Part shown: positions 28,401 to 43,282 of the stretch, piece after piece
Layout: each line of letters starts with the position of its first letter
Numbering within the stretch: the first letter of the stretch is position 1
Assembly: GCA_022605425.2 (NCBI GenBank)
Contig: CM061254.1
Location: 310,001-374,000 of the forward strand
From: Hamiltosporidium tvaerminnensis FI-OER-3-3
Lineage: Eukaryota > Fungi > Microsporidia
DNA: 64,000 nt
Direction of reading: 5' to 3'
Program-made: the position numbers and the translations under genes
The notes under the pieces: generated by a model
Database searches by the model: none
Told to the model about the DNA's origin: nothing
Seen by the model: the letters and a program-made list of their open reading frames with translations, nothing else

Positions 28401-31400
28401 TTATTTATAGTCTTGTTAAGAATTAGAAACTGTCTGTTAATATTTTTTCTAGAAAATTTGGGCTGTTCTGTCAAACCTGATTTATAAAATTTTTCGAAAA
28501 ATAATTTAATTCCATAATCGATTTCCAGCAATATATTTATATGTTAAATTTTGTTTTATATTCAATTTTTTTAAGAATATTATATTTCCCAAATTGTTTT
28601 TTTGTGTTTCTACATTAAGCTTCTAATGTACATAATTATGATGAATTTATAGCTTTTAAAAATTAATTTATTAGTTTATCTAAATAAAAAAATACTTTGA
28701 GTTGGTGGCTTTAATACTACTTTGAAGCGTGTCTATTTAGAAAATACACATGTAAAAGGTTTAACCCTTGCAACTTTAAGTATTTCTGTATTTGTTACAA
28801 GAACTGAATTATGAGCAGGTGAAATATACACATATGACGTTATTGTTTATTTCCCAAAATTACTGCCAAACTGTTATTATAATTAAGTTGATATTTTGGG
28901 CCTTGGTTACCAACAGCTGTTTATCAATTTAAAAGAAAGATCTAATTTACATTACAGTTAAAGCTTCATCTATAAAATGATTAGGTAAAAGTGGAAATAC
29001 ATTAAGATATCACCAAAATTATTTTAGCCTAAATATTATTGATTTGCTTTATATTTCTCTGAATTAATGCAAAAATCTATAAAAAATAAATGTTTAAGTC
29101 TTATACAAATATTTTAATTATAAAAATAAGAAAATAACTTATAAAAAAAATTTAAGTTTTGCTTAGAGTATTTTAAGACAGAGAAATACTTTATAAATTT
29201 TTTTCGTCTTGATTTAACTAGTTTTCTAAAACCCTAAACTTTATCAATATGATATTTTTTATGCGTTGATATATTTTTCCGAATAAGAAATTATTAGTAG
29301 GCCTTTGCTAAGCCTTTTTTGCTGCAAATGATTAAAATAATAGCTAATGAATTTATCGTTGAGATCATAATAAAGAAAAGACAAGTAGAAAATGTTAATC
29401 TCCTGCATTTAAAGTTCTTTGGTTCTAAACATTTACTGATATTTTTTCTACGAAAAAGAATACACTATTGAGATGATCTTATATTTTTGAAATTTATTTC
29501 TTTGCTGCTTATTTTTTAGAAAAATACAGTGGATAAAGCTTTCATATGAAATTCTTATATTGTCTAGAAAACAAATGTTTTAAGAGCCCTATCTTAATCA
29601 GATAAATTACTTAATTTATTTACCTTGGGTCTTTGGTATGATATCACTTATGAACAAAAAGCATTGTTTATCGTAAGACACAACTTATTTGGTTAAATAC
29701 TAGAGGAATAAAAGGCAAAGTTAATGTTACGCAACTTATACGAGTGTATTCGTTGAAAATATCTGATTCTAATATTATTGCATATTCAAGAAGAGAAATA
29801 AATATTCTCTACATAAATGACGGTAAAATATTCCTAGAAAGTATTTTTTTTATTACAATAAATAATGCGTTATATATCAATGGATAAAATGTATTTCATT
29901 TTTGACCTGCATTTTTTTCTTGTTTGCAAATCGAAATATTTTTTTGTTTTGAGTAATAGAAAATATTATTTAGTTTCTTGTTAAGAAATGTAATTATTAG
30001 TTTACTTGGTTAGTGCTCAGAGAACATTTTCTTTGAATTTCTTTAAAGAAGTATGTGAATATCTGCTATTTATATATTATTTATTTCTGCATCTATAAAA
30101 TAGGATTAGAGTGTGCGTTTTTCGGTTTTAGTTAAAAAGAACATAAACTTTTCGATTTTGGCAAAAATTATTTTTTTGTTTCATTTAGAATATATACACA
30201 TGCTGTATTTCTTGTAAAAAATTTTTAGCAAGCTTTAGATACGATTTTATAATATTTGAAATCAACAGCAAGAGATAAAATGAACTTTAATTTAGTAGTA
30301 AAGACCAGTTTATTTATAAAGTTTAAACCTTGGTGTTTTTATAGCACTTTATATTAGAATGATCTACTATGTTTCCCGGTTGTACGCATTAATTCTCGGA
30401 ATAGGCTTCTTTGGGGCGATTTGCCTACAATAGCAATTTTTTGAAGTGAGGTGTTAAAGCAATAGTCATATAAATGCGAATAGCCTTAGTCTAGGACTTC
30501 CATATTGTATATTTTGAGAACTCTAAGGTTATAAAGGTTTTGGGAAATACCTCAGCAAGGCTGTTCTTTACTTCATACTACAATTTTAGTTTTTTTTCTT
30601 TCTTCAACCAGTTCATCTGATCTAATTCCTTCAATATGCAGTTCTCTTCTTATGAAAACTAAAAATCAAATGCGAATTTTTAAAACATATCTCGTAGGAG
30701 TGATTCTGGGTTTTTTATAGTATTTTCCTTATATTGGATAATCTAAAGAAAATTTATATTTTAAAACGTATGCAATGTGTATACAGAATGAAATTACAAT
30801 AGAATTCAACTGTTTATATACAAATGTAAATTTCATAGTAGCTATATAAGTTAGTAACTAGAAGTATATGAAAAAGTTGATATTAAATAAGATACACGTT
30901 TACTGTACTAACTTCTATATATACTAGAGAATTATATAATGTTTTTTTCATAAAAATAATATAGAAAAAATAAATAACCTTTATCATAGAGTAGTCACCA
31001 GACTTTTGATACAAATCAAGTCCAACCGTTAAATGTTTTTTATAAAAATCCATCTATAGCCTACATATATTTTCGGAGTGATTGCTAAATTTTGCAAATA
31101 TAACTATTATCAATTTGATATCGAATATAACTTTCTGATCTAAGGATCGAGTTACTATTAAGAACGAATTCGTTCGTAAAACAACCGAATTTCTTTTACA
31201 AGTAGAAGTCTTTAATTAACATAAATTAAATTTTGTCTTAGTATATTACACTAATTTTTTTGATATATCAAAAGGTATTATCAAAGTAGTTGGTATAGAT
31301 ATGCAGTTATGTCGTGTTTTTTTCATTAGATATTTCTACTCTATGAATATAATTTTATAGTATCTTAAAAATTCACAATATATGTTTTTTCTCGATAAAT

Positions 31401-34400
31401 TTTAAAGGCTTGGTTTGTAGATTCAAGGTGGCGAAACTAAGAACAAGATTTTTTGAATTGGCATAAACTATCTTTTTTTTGTTTTCTAAAGCTTTACCGT
31501 TTTGTTTTAAATTTTTACTAAATCTTCAAATTGTTATTTTTATTTAAATGCGATTGTATACTATTTTTGATTTTTAGTGTCAAGCCTATAGATAACACAA
31601 ATTTTGATTTTTGTTTCCTATAAAATCTTATATTTTAAAAAGTGAAGGTTTCTCTACAAAGATTATTTGATAGCTAGATTTTCAAATTATTTAAATTTGA
31701 AAACATTTAGATTGAGCTATTTGAGAGTAATTATTTTCTTTACGTTCTAAACCAAACCTTAAATATGTCAGAATTTATAATTCTGTAGTTTTTTTTACTT
31801 TCGCAGTCGAGCTGCATTCAACTTTAGTTCTAACGTTCGCTTTTTACATTCATTTTTTAATATATTTATAATTTTCTTGTTCTAATTGCTGATATTGTTT
31901 GTAATATTTTATAGAATAAAAATACATAAATGTTTTCAGGTTTTCGCATATGTTAACTGCTGGGCGTAAATGTTGACATTTTGATCTTGTGATATCATAT
32001 ATAACATATGATTGCCTCATGGGACAAAATTAGTCATTTCACATTCCATAATATGTAATGCTAGAATTGATTGATCTTGTTCTTACACATAGAAAAGATT
32101 TTAAGGAAAATTCAAAACCTTCTAAATAGATCATAATATCTTTCCAAGATCATTCTACATTTTTTCTTAAATATAAATTATCGTTAATTGTAATGATTTT
32201 TGGTTTCGAAATTGTATTAGAAAAATCAATTTAAATATTCCATATCTTGAATTCAATTCTATTGAGGAAATGCAAAAATTTAAATTTCAATGAATTTCTG
32301 ATTATAAAATTAAGTATTTTGAAAAGAAAAGGAACTGGATGAAATACAAAAGCGTTTATGAAATCTTAGTTAAAAAATAGGCTTTATATGTTTATTTTAT
32401 TTCCTTTTTGATAGTTTTGCATGATTTTATTATATTTTATTAATTTAGATTCGCTACCTTTCAAACTGAAACATAGATTACACATTGCTAATCTCTATAG
32501 AATCCAAAAACTTAGATTTAAATCTTATAAAAAACACAGCTCATGTTAATCAGAATAACTTCGAAAGAATAAATGAATTACGTTTATATTTTTATATTCT
32601 TTGGGAATCGATATATCATAGTTATTATTCTTGATGACGTTTTTCATTTAATTACGAGTAAATTTTTTTTTAAAAATATTTCTAAAGCAAATGAATCGAT
32701 TTGGAATAATCGAATACTAAAATATAGAGTTTGATTTTTCTAACACTAGTAATTATATGTTGATTTTTAGATTCTTAAATGAGCTTATGAGTCATTTGAT
32801 GCCATGTCAGCATATTTTTAGACATAAGAATTTTTTAGTTTTTTTGAATGTAGAATTATGCTAACTAGAAACTCGGGAAATTTCTTTTATTGACTTTCAG
32901 ATAGAACTAGTGGCAATATCTCTTAATAAATATTTATAGCATAAAAATACAATATTACTAGAGAATTACAACATAAATAATATCTAATCTTATTTATTTA
33001 AGCTTATATTTAAATTTATATAAAATATTTATTTTGTTAAACTGCTTAGTCATGTAAATGACTTCTGATATTGCACAAAAAAGGAAGAGTTGTAATGTTT
33101 TCGAAAAAAAAATGTTACAACTTCGACTAAACTATTTCTAATTTATTCAAAATTTCAATCAGTTATATTTTACTTAGAAATATATGAGTATTTTAATTAA
33201 ACTGTAATTTTGTAATTATAATTTTCTTAATTCTGAAAAATAGCATCTGTTATATTTCATAAACCGATGCTATTAAGTTTAAGATGTTTAAGTGTTTCTG
33301 CATATGTATATCTATCTGGATATGTTAGTATTTAAAAAGAACAAAAATATTAAAAAAAATCCGATAATATGTGAGGAAACGAAAAGTTTCTTTAATCTAT
33401 ACAGGATAATCTTAGGTACAACTTTTTAGCGTCTTTTAACAGAAGAAAGCATTAAAATCGATATACTTGCCTTTTACAGTCTTTGTATGCTCTTTTAATC
33501 AATCATAACCCGACATTATTGAGATCTTTCTATGTATTCGGTAAAGTTTGTATCCATAAAAAGTTCGACAGAAACTTTCACACCTTTTGCACACACTCAC
33601 ACCCCGCAAATAGTCTTTAACGAAACTGAGCTCTAAGCTAAGGAATTCAATTTATTGGTTAAATTATTATAATTTGCAGGATTAATTTTGCATACTATAA
33701 AGATGAAACATTTTATCTTTTTTTTAACTATGCAAAGAATCACGATTAGAATCAAAATATATGTCTTCTTTTTTCTTTAATATAGGTTTGTATTTAAAAT
33801 TAGAATTATATTATTGAATTTTTTCCAGTGTGTTGTGTCTATGGAAATATTGTTGTCGTATTTACATTCTATAGACTACATTTTTAAGTATATATTTTAA
33901 TAAAATAAAGTTTATTGCCTTTTGGATAACGAGATACTGTGAATTTAGTAGCAGTTTGGCAATAAAAATAGAATTGGTTATATAAAATATAGAGTTTGGG
34001 AAAAATTAAGCTTTTTTTAAATTGCTTTAATCAAAATTTAGGCGAACATAGCAAGATTTTATTTTTAGATAGTTTTTAAAATCTAACCAAATCGTATTCA
34101 GACAAATAAATGGCAAAATATAGCAGATATGACTTGAAAAAAATTATGTTTTTTCGTTTAAAATCACTGTAGAACTGTTTTGCAGGAAACAAAGAGTTCA
34201 AAGCATATACTTATGATAATAATCCGAGATTAAATTAAAAAAAACAATGCATTTATTTTTAGGAAAAAAATCTTTAACTGAATAATTAAATAAAAAACAC
34301 ATTTTTCGGTTTTGTTAAATAGTGCTGTACTGATCTCTTTTTTTTACACAAAGCAGCAACAAATATTTTTCAGGTTTTGATTTTTTTATTCCAGGGCCTT

Positions 34401-37400
34401 TTTCGGTATTGTTGAAGACTATTAACATTGATCAGTTTTATATTAAAATATTGTCAAAAAAGTCAACGATTCGTGATTTTTTTAAATTAAAATGATTAAA
34501 TTCTATTCTAGTAGGATTTTTATGAAATAGAAATTTTAAATCATAATTAGCGAACAACATGACTTTATATTATTATTATCTAGCATTATATGTATTGTTT
34601 CGTACACATCTTTTTAATTTATAAAAACACATTAAAAATTAATTTTTTTAATCATATTTACAAAATCAAGTAAGGTATGAGCGAATACATATCCACCCCA
34701 GGCTTTTGTGATTTAATTTGGAAATAACAAATCAAAGGTATATTATTTTTAACCTATTTTTTTGTTATAAATTAGCAATCCATCATATATTTGTTATAAT
34801 GCTTCTTTAAATGTGTAAATAAATTTTAAAAAATCTGTCCGTAATGTCAATCAGGGGATCAGACTGAAGAATAGAGTTATTGCACTGAATAGAATCGGTT
34901 TCTTATTTTCTTGCTATAAAGTTTGAGGCCTTACAAAAATAAAGGGAAAGACTTTTTGTGTTATAAGTCGAGATTACGAGGTGTGAATTCTGATCATAAA
35001 ATAACTTCTTAAAGTAAAAACACTAAAAATTTACTTTCATTATAAAGCTTTGTAAATCTAATTTATACTTCATATAAAAATCATTTTATAAGATAATAGT
35101 TTTCTCTCTGGTTATACTTATATTAAAAGTTTTTCAGGCATGAAATGGCAAATATTATAAATATACTTTAAAACTTCTGTAAAGGATGAATAATACGTCT
35201 TAAATATAACAATCCAAACGACAAAATGTATTGATATACTTTGACATATAAGTTGCAAAAATACACCATTTTTTAATGCGATTTCTGAGTACTTTTTTTG
35301 GGTCCAATTTTTATTTAAATACAAATTTATTTTATATTAAAAAGCATCAATTACAGAAAGATGTTGCCATCGTTTTTAGAGACGTAAATTAGTTTTTATA
35401 ACTTTTTTTCTTGTAAATCGTTTATTTCTTCTTCCTCGTTCTAATAAAATATATAAATGGATGTTTTAATACTTAATTTATTTCTAATTATAAAATTATT
35501 GCACAGATGAATTTCTCGAAGATTGAATACAAACAACATATTTCAATTTATAATGATTGTTAAGTCGAATTAATGGCTATGTTTTATCAAATTTACGAAA
35601 TTATAAAATTACACAAATTTAGATTCATAACGTTTTATGTTAAAAAAAATATTGATTTAAACTTTATTTGGGCATAACTAAAGAAGTTTTAAGCTAAATA
35701 TTATTTATTCGTTTTTTGAAAAAAAACCTATAATATTCATTAGAATAAAATTCAAAAAACAAAAAGAACCACAAACTCATAAAAAGAAACGTTTTATTAG
35801 CATGTGAAGTTTTAAAAATAAAATTTATAGACTTTTCTGATGGAATCACACTTCTTCTGAAATCCATTTTTCTGCTTCTAGAGTTTTTTTTAAAGTGTTT
35901 ATTCCTAGGTATGCTTTGGATGGCCGATGTAAGATTTTTTGTACGCTTTTATATCCCCAGTTGAAATTACAAAGAAAAGGAATATAAATTACTTTTAATA
36001 CATATTTTGTATATATAAACGACTTTCATGGTGTAAAATATACCTTTCCTTGATATAAATGGGATTTGGCTCTGATTTTTTTTATGTAAGTTGTTTATCT
36101 TAAATAATAAATTATTATTAAATTTTATGAAATATACAAAAGAATATGAGCAACCTATTTGTTGCTATCAAACACAATCAAAGCTCTTTATCAGGAACAA
36201 GAAATATTTTTAACATAGAGTCTAGTTGATTAATTTTATAATTTAATGCTTTTTAAAGCTGCGATTGCTTAAATAATTATGATATTTTTTTTAATATATT
36301 TTTTGCTTCATCTTCTAGGTATCTTTTCAAAATGAACTATCTATTCCTTTTATAATTTAATTTAAACTCTATTAGTCAGAAAAAATATATTTTACAGGTA
36401 TTTAAATTGTGCCATGTAAATAGAAAGTTCTGTACAATGTTCTATAAAAAATTGGTAATGGGCTTTTAATATAAACTGATCAAGAAAATTCTAAATATAA
36501 AAAATTGTTGCATTATAACGTGATTTAATAAAAATTTATTTTTTCTAACTTTTGCAAATATATATTTGAGGTATAATCATTACTGTATTTAAATAGATAA
36601 TATTGGTGGTTTTTTAGGTAATGCATTGTCTAATTCAAGTTCGGGGATCCTTTTTTGATGGTTTCTACATTTAGTTGCTCGAAGTTTCACCAAGATAACT
36701 TTTTTTCATATGATTACGGTATAATAAATTGTAGGAATATGTATATATTTAATTATATCTATAATTTTCTATTAAAAATATTTTAGGCTCTTTAATATTT
36801 TTTAATTTTTCGAGTCAACTTTGGAAAGTTAGCAAAAAGTAATTTTGCGCTTAGTTGCAAGCATGTATTTTTATCAATTAGCTCCTTAGATTCTATTTTT
36901 CCAAATATTTTCTTTTCTTACGTTTCTTATAATAAATATAAAGCCACATTCTTTTTAAAGAAATAAAAAAAACATCTCAAATTTGTGTAGGCTTTCTGAT
37001 CTACACAAAATTTAATTTTTTATTCAAGCTCAAGTTATTTAAGTAAATCGTTAATTGTATAGTTATTTTATTCGTTTATATTCTCGATTTGTGGTTTCTT
37101 TAATAGAATTTCGTTTGTATATATTTTTACATAATAGGTACTAAAAAATAGCAAGTCAGTATATCTATAAATCTTTTTTTATTTTAATAAATTTTTGAGA
37201 TTTTTTTTACAGCTAAAATGACAAAATCCATTTCAATGTTAACGTACTTTGAAATCTACTCTACATTTTTAGATTGATGTGTGGTTTTTGGTTTTTTTTG
37301 AAGCTATGATTTCAATTTGATAATAACTTTTTTTTAAATTAAAATATATTTTTTTGTAGATTAATTTATAAACTTTTTGATCATTTATCGTGATATTTTT

Positions 37401-40400
37401 AGCTTCTTTAAAAATATAATTTTGTAAACTGGTAACCATTGGTTTTCCACTTAATATATTTACTTTTTTCATTTTATTAGCGACAAAAGTCAAAAGGCTT
37501 TTAGCAAAAGACAAAATTACAAAATTATATTATACAGATGCGCCTGGACAAATTTATGAAAAAAACTATGATTCGTCTATTGATTCGGATCGCCTCATTA
37601 TTTATAGTTAATTAAACTTTTTTAGACTCTTTTATTTATCCTTTGCGAATATATTAAATGAAAAGAAAGATATGCATTTGTGATAATTCATATATTATAT
37701 CTCGGTTTTTCATTAGAAGCTAAAATTTTGGTTTATTGAATTTTTTTACTTGTTACGGCTGTTTAATATTTATACAAGCTTTTCATATTTAATAAATATA
37801 CATTTCAGAAAATAAATTTGAAAAAAATAGTTGTCAACTGAATAATAGCTAGAAATTAATTGATATATATATTCCTTGTGTTTAAAAAGGCTAATTTGAT
37901 GGTGAATCATTATTGCCCCGAATTTCTGTAAGTTTTATACGCTGTTAATTAACTTAGTAATTTTTTTGCATGAACATATATAATTTTGATGAGAACAGGG
38001 CTGAGACTGGTTATAATTTTCGATACTTTAAATATATAAAATCTTTTATAGCAAGAAATATTGTTGTCTTTATATAATAATTCCCATAAATTTATACAAA
38101 AATTGCGCATACGGAATCGAAAAAAAAACATAATCTTACTAATAAACTATCAATATATTAAATTTATTGTTTAAATTTAAAGCAAGAAGTAATTCATATT
38201 TTAGCATATATATTGATATTCCAATCGGAATTCTATTAAAAGTATTATAAAAGAGCATAAATGTATATTTTTAAAAGAATATAAAGATTTTAACATCGCT
38301 TATTTTAACAAAGTATATAGTATAGATATTTATTAATAACTTAGGCATAATATTACTCATTGAAACAAAATATATATTTATGTAACTATATTCTTAACAA
38401 AGATATTCTATACTTTATTTGTTTCTCTAAAAAACAACAGTTTTACATTTGTTTTAAAATAAAAAAATTGACCGAACTAACTCGTATTACTATGTGAGAA
38501 CTTATTTGGATGTTTTAAAATGTTTTAGAAGCAACTAAGAAAAAATAGAACGTGTAGCTTCAGTCTAATCAAACTAATTTAGATAGGATCCTTTAAATTT
38601 TAAATCTACTAATATTAATGTAATACTTAAATAAGAAAGAAAGAAAAAATGTTTTAAAAGAAGTTAAATACGTTCTGATTAAATCAGCAATAGTAAAACT
38701 CTAGCAAATACAAAAAATTTTAATGATACTGTTATTATTGAAGGCATCGTAGCGATCCCAAAATCTGTTGACATTTTTTTAGTTATATAATAGCAATGTA
38801 TTTAAAATTCTTTTTTACAAGCAAGCCTGCATATATTTCTACTATACTTAAAGTTTCTATTCGCAGTGGCATTTTTTACGATCAAAATTGGATAATTTAC
38901 CTTTATGTTGATGTATCGCTATTAGCCCGTCTGAATCTGTTTAAGGATTTTATTAGTTAAATCTTAAAGATTTTCAAGGAGAAAACATACTCGAGATATT
39001 TCCAGGCACTATATCTTAACAATATGGATTCCATTCTATGGATTTGATTATTTGAAATATAAAACAAGCAATTATAATTTTTCATTTGGTTTTAAATAGA
39101 GTTAGTATCATATTTAATTTTCGGGTAAAGTGTCTCCTTCAGATTGTTTTAAAAGTAATTCAAATTCTTTAATGCCTGCACAATCCTTTTAAATCCTAAA
39201 TATTTTACAATAAAAATGATTTGGAAATGGTAAGGGTGCACTCCTGCTATTTAGATTATTTCCAGAAGCTTGTGTTTGAGTTTGCTGCTTAAAAACTATT
39301 CATACACTTCTGATGATCGTACAAATGAAATACAAAAACATTTTTTTTTATTTTAATGAAGCAAATAAGATTTATTATTGCGAATGTTTTGTTAGGTCTT
39401 AAATATTGCTCTGGTTTGATATCTTAATAAAAAAATCAGTAGTATATTTATTTAAAAGTATCACTTTTTTAAATAGTGGCAAGTGTTATATTTGTTTTTA
39501 TGACATTAACAAAGTTCTAAGTTTAACATAAGTAACTGCTACCCGAACACCACACCAGCAATTCCTACGATACCTATGTCTCAAAGATTTTTATCTAAAA
39601 GTCTGAGAAGTTCATTAATATACGAGGCAGTTGCCCAATGATCGTTAATTTCTGTCGTATGCAGTGTGATAGAAAGCCCAACTCCCCCGCGGTTCCCTCG
39701 ATACCATGCATCATTTTCACTTACTCTATACTTGCCCAACCTAATAAACTTCTAGCTAAGATATACTTCACAGACTTAAATGGAGTCCACCTAGATAGTG
39801 CAATGTCATACAAACGGGTATAACCTGCTACCTAGCCTTCCCGGCTTTATAGGTTATATATTTTATATCTCCCAGGCACTATGTATTCTAACCTGTGAGA
39901 GCAATATTGGGTTTATATGTTTTTAAGTGGCAATTACATACAGGTTCAGCTACAGTCTGCAATCTAGTTACATAAAAAACTGCAAATAAATTTTAGGAGA
40001 AGTTCGCCATTTTGTAAACCGCTCCTCCTCATAATAACTCCCATGAAATAACCAAAGATGTAGTGTTGTTTTATTTGCCCCAAAAATTCAAACAGATATC
40101 TTAATACCAGTTTCACATACTCATCGCCAAGCAGAAAGTTTTTAATGTGGGGTTATCTTCCCATCACAAGGCAAATTATAAAATAAATATACATTTTATC
40201 TTAAAATATTCACTTCTAAGATATTGAAATGACTATTATTTAGATACAAAAATTATCATCAGGTCACAAAAATATGATAAGAAGTATAAAAATTAATTTT
40301 TGTTTATTCCAAAATGTTCTTTGTGATTCTAACTCATTAACTTGTGCAATGAATTTTTTAATATGCTCTATTCTATAGATATTTCTAGAGTCTATTCGTA

Positions 40401-43282
40401 ATAGGAAAATATATTTCTTGTAAATAAGCAGATTTCAAATCAGAAGCTGTTAGAGCGTCAATTTGTAGAAAATAATGCTGTGGTTTGTTCGTTATTTTAT
40501 ATATTAGGGCACGGACATTAAATCGTATTTCTCTAATTCAGCTAATAAAAAAAAGTTGTATCAGAATTTTCAGGTTGATGACGATATCTATTTTAAAAAT
40601 TATAAGAAATTAATCGAATAGCCAACGAAATTTATTATCCAGAAAACGTTACTTGTATGTATAAAAAACGGTAATATATCGGAATTATTAATTTTTTAAG
40701 AAAATTTACTCGAACTTTTTGATAAAAGTATTTTTCGTTGTTTAATCTAGATCATGATTTTCGATTGAGCATCATCTATTCAAAATATAAATATGGTAAA
40801 TTTTTGATTTGCCATAACAAAAAGATTCTTGTGCCTGATTCATCTAATGAAATTTTGATTTAATTCTTAAAGCATGGGATAATATAGACGTACCAAGTTA
40901 CGATACAATTAATAGTAATGTATTAATTCTATATAATCATTGTACTCAACCTTACATGCAAAAAATAATATGTGTGCTCTTTCCTGGATGTCCTCAATAA
41001 TTAAATTTAGTTCATTCATTTAAAAATTTTCTTCCACACTGGTTATCGATTTCATAATAAATATATGTTTATAAATTCTTTATGGATTGAATATCTCATC
41101 ATAGGTCTAAACATTATTTAAGGATTTATGAACTAATTATCTACAAAAAATAACATGTATATCACGAATCTTTATGACTAAACCCCGCATTTAAATAAAT
41201 GTTGTGTAAAACAATCCGTTATAAGAAGAAATGGTAATTGCTTATTTTGCGAACAATGTATCCGAAATCAAAATTCGACATTAATAAATTTGTGAAATTA
41301 TAATCCACGAAAAACGACTGAAAAGAAATATAAGTTTAAAAAGCTCACTGTTTTGGAATATGTGCTTTAAATTAAATATCTAATCAGAACACTAGCGATT
41401 AAGATTGATAAATATTCGTACAAATCATAAAAAATTATACTTTATTTGCTTATGAGTAAAAGAGATGAAAATAAGTAAAAGTCATAGGGTGAAACATCCT
41501 AAACTATGACAAAAATTTAACAATATAATATTTTTGATGATTAATAGAGAGTCTATAAGATGTTAGAAATACATAGGAAAAGATTTTATACCTTCAAATC
41601 TTTAAAAAAGCTATCGTTAATAGTTTGCTTGGTAAATCTATAATAGGTCATATGGGATAATGATTTGAATAGTTTTAATTCACAAAGTTGATTGTTCTAA
41701 AAGAATATCCAAAAAAATAGAATTTATTTTAAGAATAAAGAACCTGACAACAGTCTAGTATTTTGAGGATTTTATGTATTTAGAAATAAAAAAAATATAA
41801 TTGAATATTTAAAAAGGTTTTACTACAATTCGTTTATGATATTGTAACAAATCATATTCTATGTAATATTCTTTTATGGTTTTAATTAAGTCTTTTTAAA
41901 TTACCATAATAACTTTCAATCAGAATTATATTTGTCAGACGATTTTGAAAATTTTATAATTTAGGTTTGATAAGTAATCTTGTTATCATTTATTGTCCAA
42001 AATCTAAGGTGCAAATCTAGTCAACTGAAAAATCAAATATAATTTTTGATGTTTCATTCGAAATATAGATAGAATCACGTTGGTTATCAATTTTAATTTA
42101 AAGGCAGAAAGCATAATTATAACGACCTTGTATTGTATTTTAGACTTCTTATTCATAATATTAATTTAAAATAGAAGTACTAGTATAAATAAGCGATAGG
42201 TTCTCGTATAAAAGATAAATATATATAGATGTTTAACTTAGAAATTTTACTTCAATTGAAGATAAAATTCTAGTGAGATTCATATACTTAAAATGTTTAT
42301 TGGTAGACAAAACTTTTATCGTTTAACGATCAAATATTTCATATAATAGAATATATGAGAATCTAATTATCATTATTTTTTCCATTTACGTAATTATTTC
42401 TTTGTAAAAATGCTTTTATAGTTTTTATATTAATTTTTATGTTTTAGTTGTGTATGAATTTAACATATAATTTAATATTAAATCTTTCGGATTCTAAAAA
42501 ATAGAAGAATATTTTTTAAATCAATGAAATTATAACTTTTGCAAATTACAAAAAAAATGGCACAAAAACATGATTAATTTGTTACTTTAAGCACCAGAAA
42601 GGAATTCATAAGACATATAAAGTTTAAATCACTTGAGATTTTCATTATAGATATTTTAACATAAAAAGGCCAGGGAAATAAGAAATATTTTTCAAATAGT
42701 CAGTCATATCTGTACAATGTATGCGTATTGCTTACCGAAAAGGTTTGGATATGAAATATTTACGCTTAAAAAACTTAAATTAAAAAAAAATATGGAAATA
42801 CTTTGCTAAATATCTATTTTGATTGGGTAAAGATGTTTTTTATCGAGCACAAATATCAAAGGAACTACGAATTCAGCATAGAAAAATGCCTTTTAAAAAT
42901 TAAGGTACAGTATACAGTGAAAATGATGAGGAGACATTTTAAATGTAAGTACAGTGGAATTATTTGATCTTTGATTTACAATAAAATTTAAAAGTCCTAG
43001 GAAGGATTCACAGCAAAATATAAATATGAACAAATAAGAAAAACTTAAGAAAGCTGTAAACGCGTTACGTTTTAAAAAAATGAACCAAAAAATACAGCAT
43101 TTATAAACATAACTAGAACATTTTAAAAAAATTCAAATAGAATTTGAAGAATAATTTTTTTAGAAAAGTAAATTATTACAAATATTTTAACCAATAGAAA
43201 TTTATTTTATTTATATTGTAAAGTGAAAAATGCATTTTTAGAAATATTAAAACAGAAACTTTATTTTTTTTTCAATTTTTTT

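Noticed and set aside
36982-37009. Hairpin tttgtgtag-N10-ctacacaaa (and acagattt-ataa-aaatctgt at 4255-4274)
   Set aside because: Isolated 8-9 bp AT-rich stems are expected by chance in 64 kb, with no associated gene.
257-39823. The ~25 short (60-110 aa) ORFs in the track across the left desert
   Set aside because: F/I/L/K/Y-rich composition expected from random AT-rich DNA, many non-ATG starts, and no recognisable motifs. 12296-12589 is a piece of the R4 relic, and the minus-strand ORFs at 11782-13645 are its antisense shadows.
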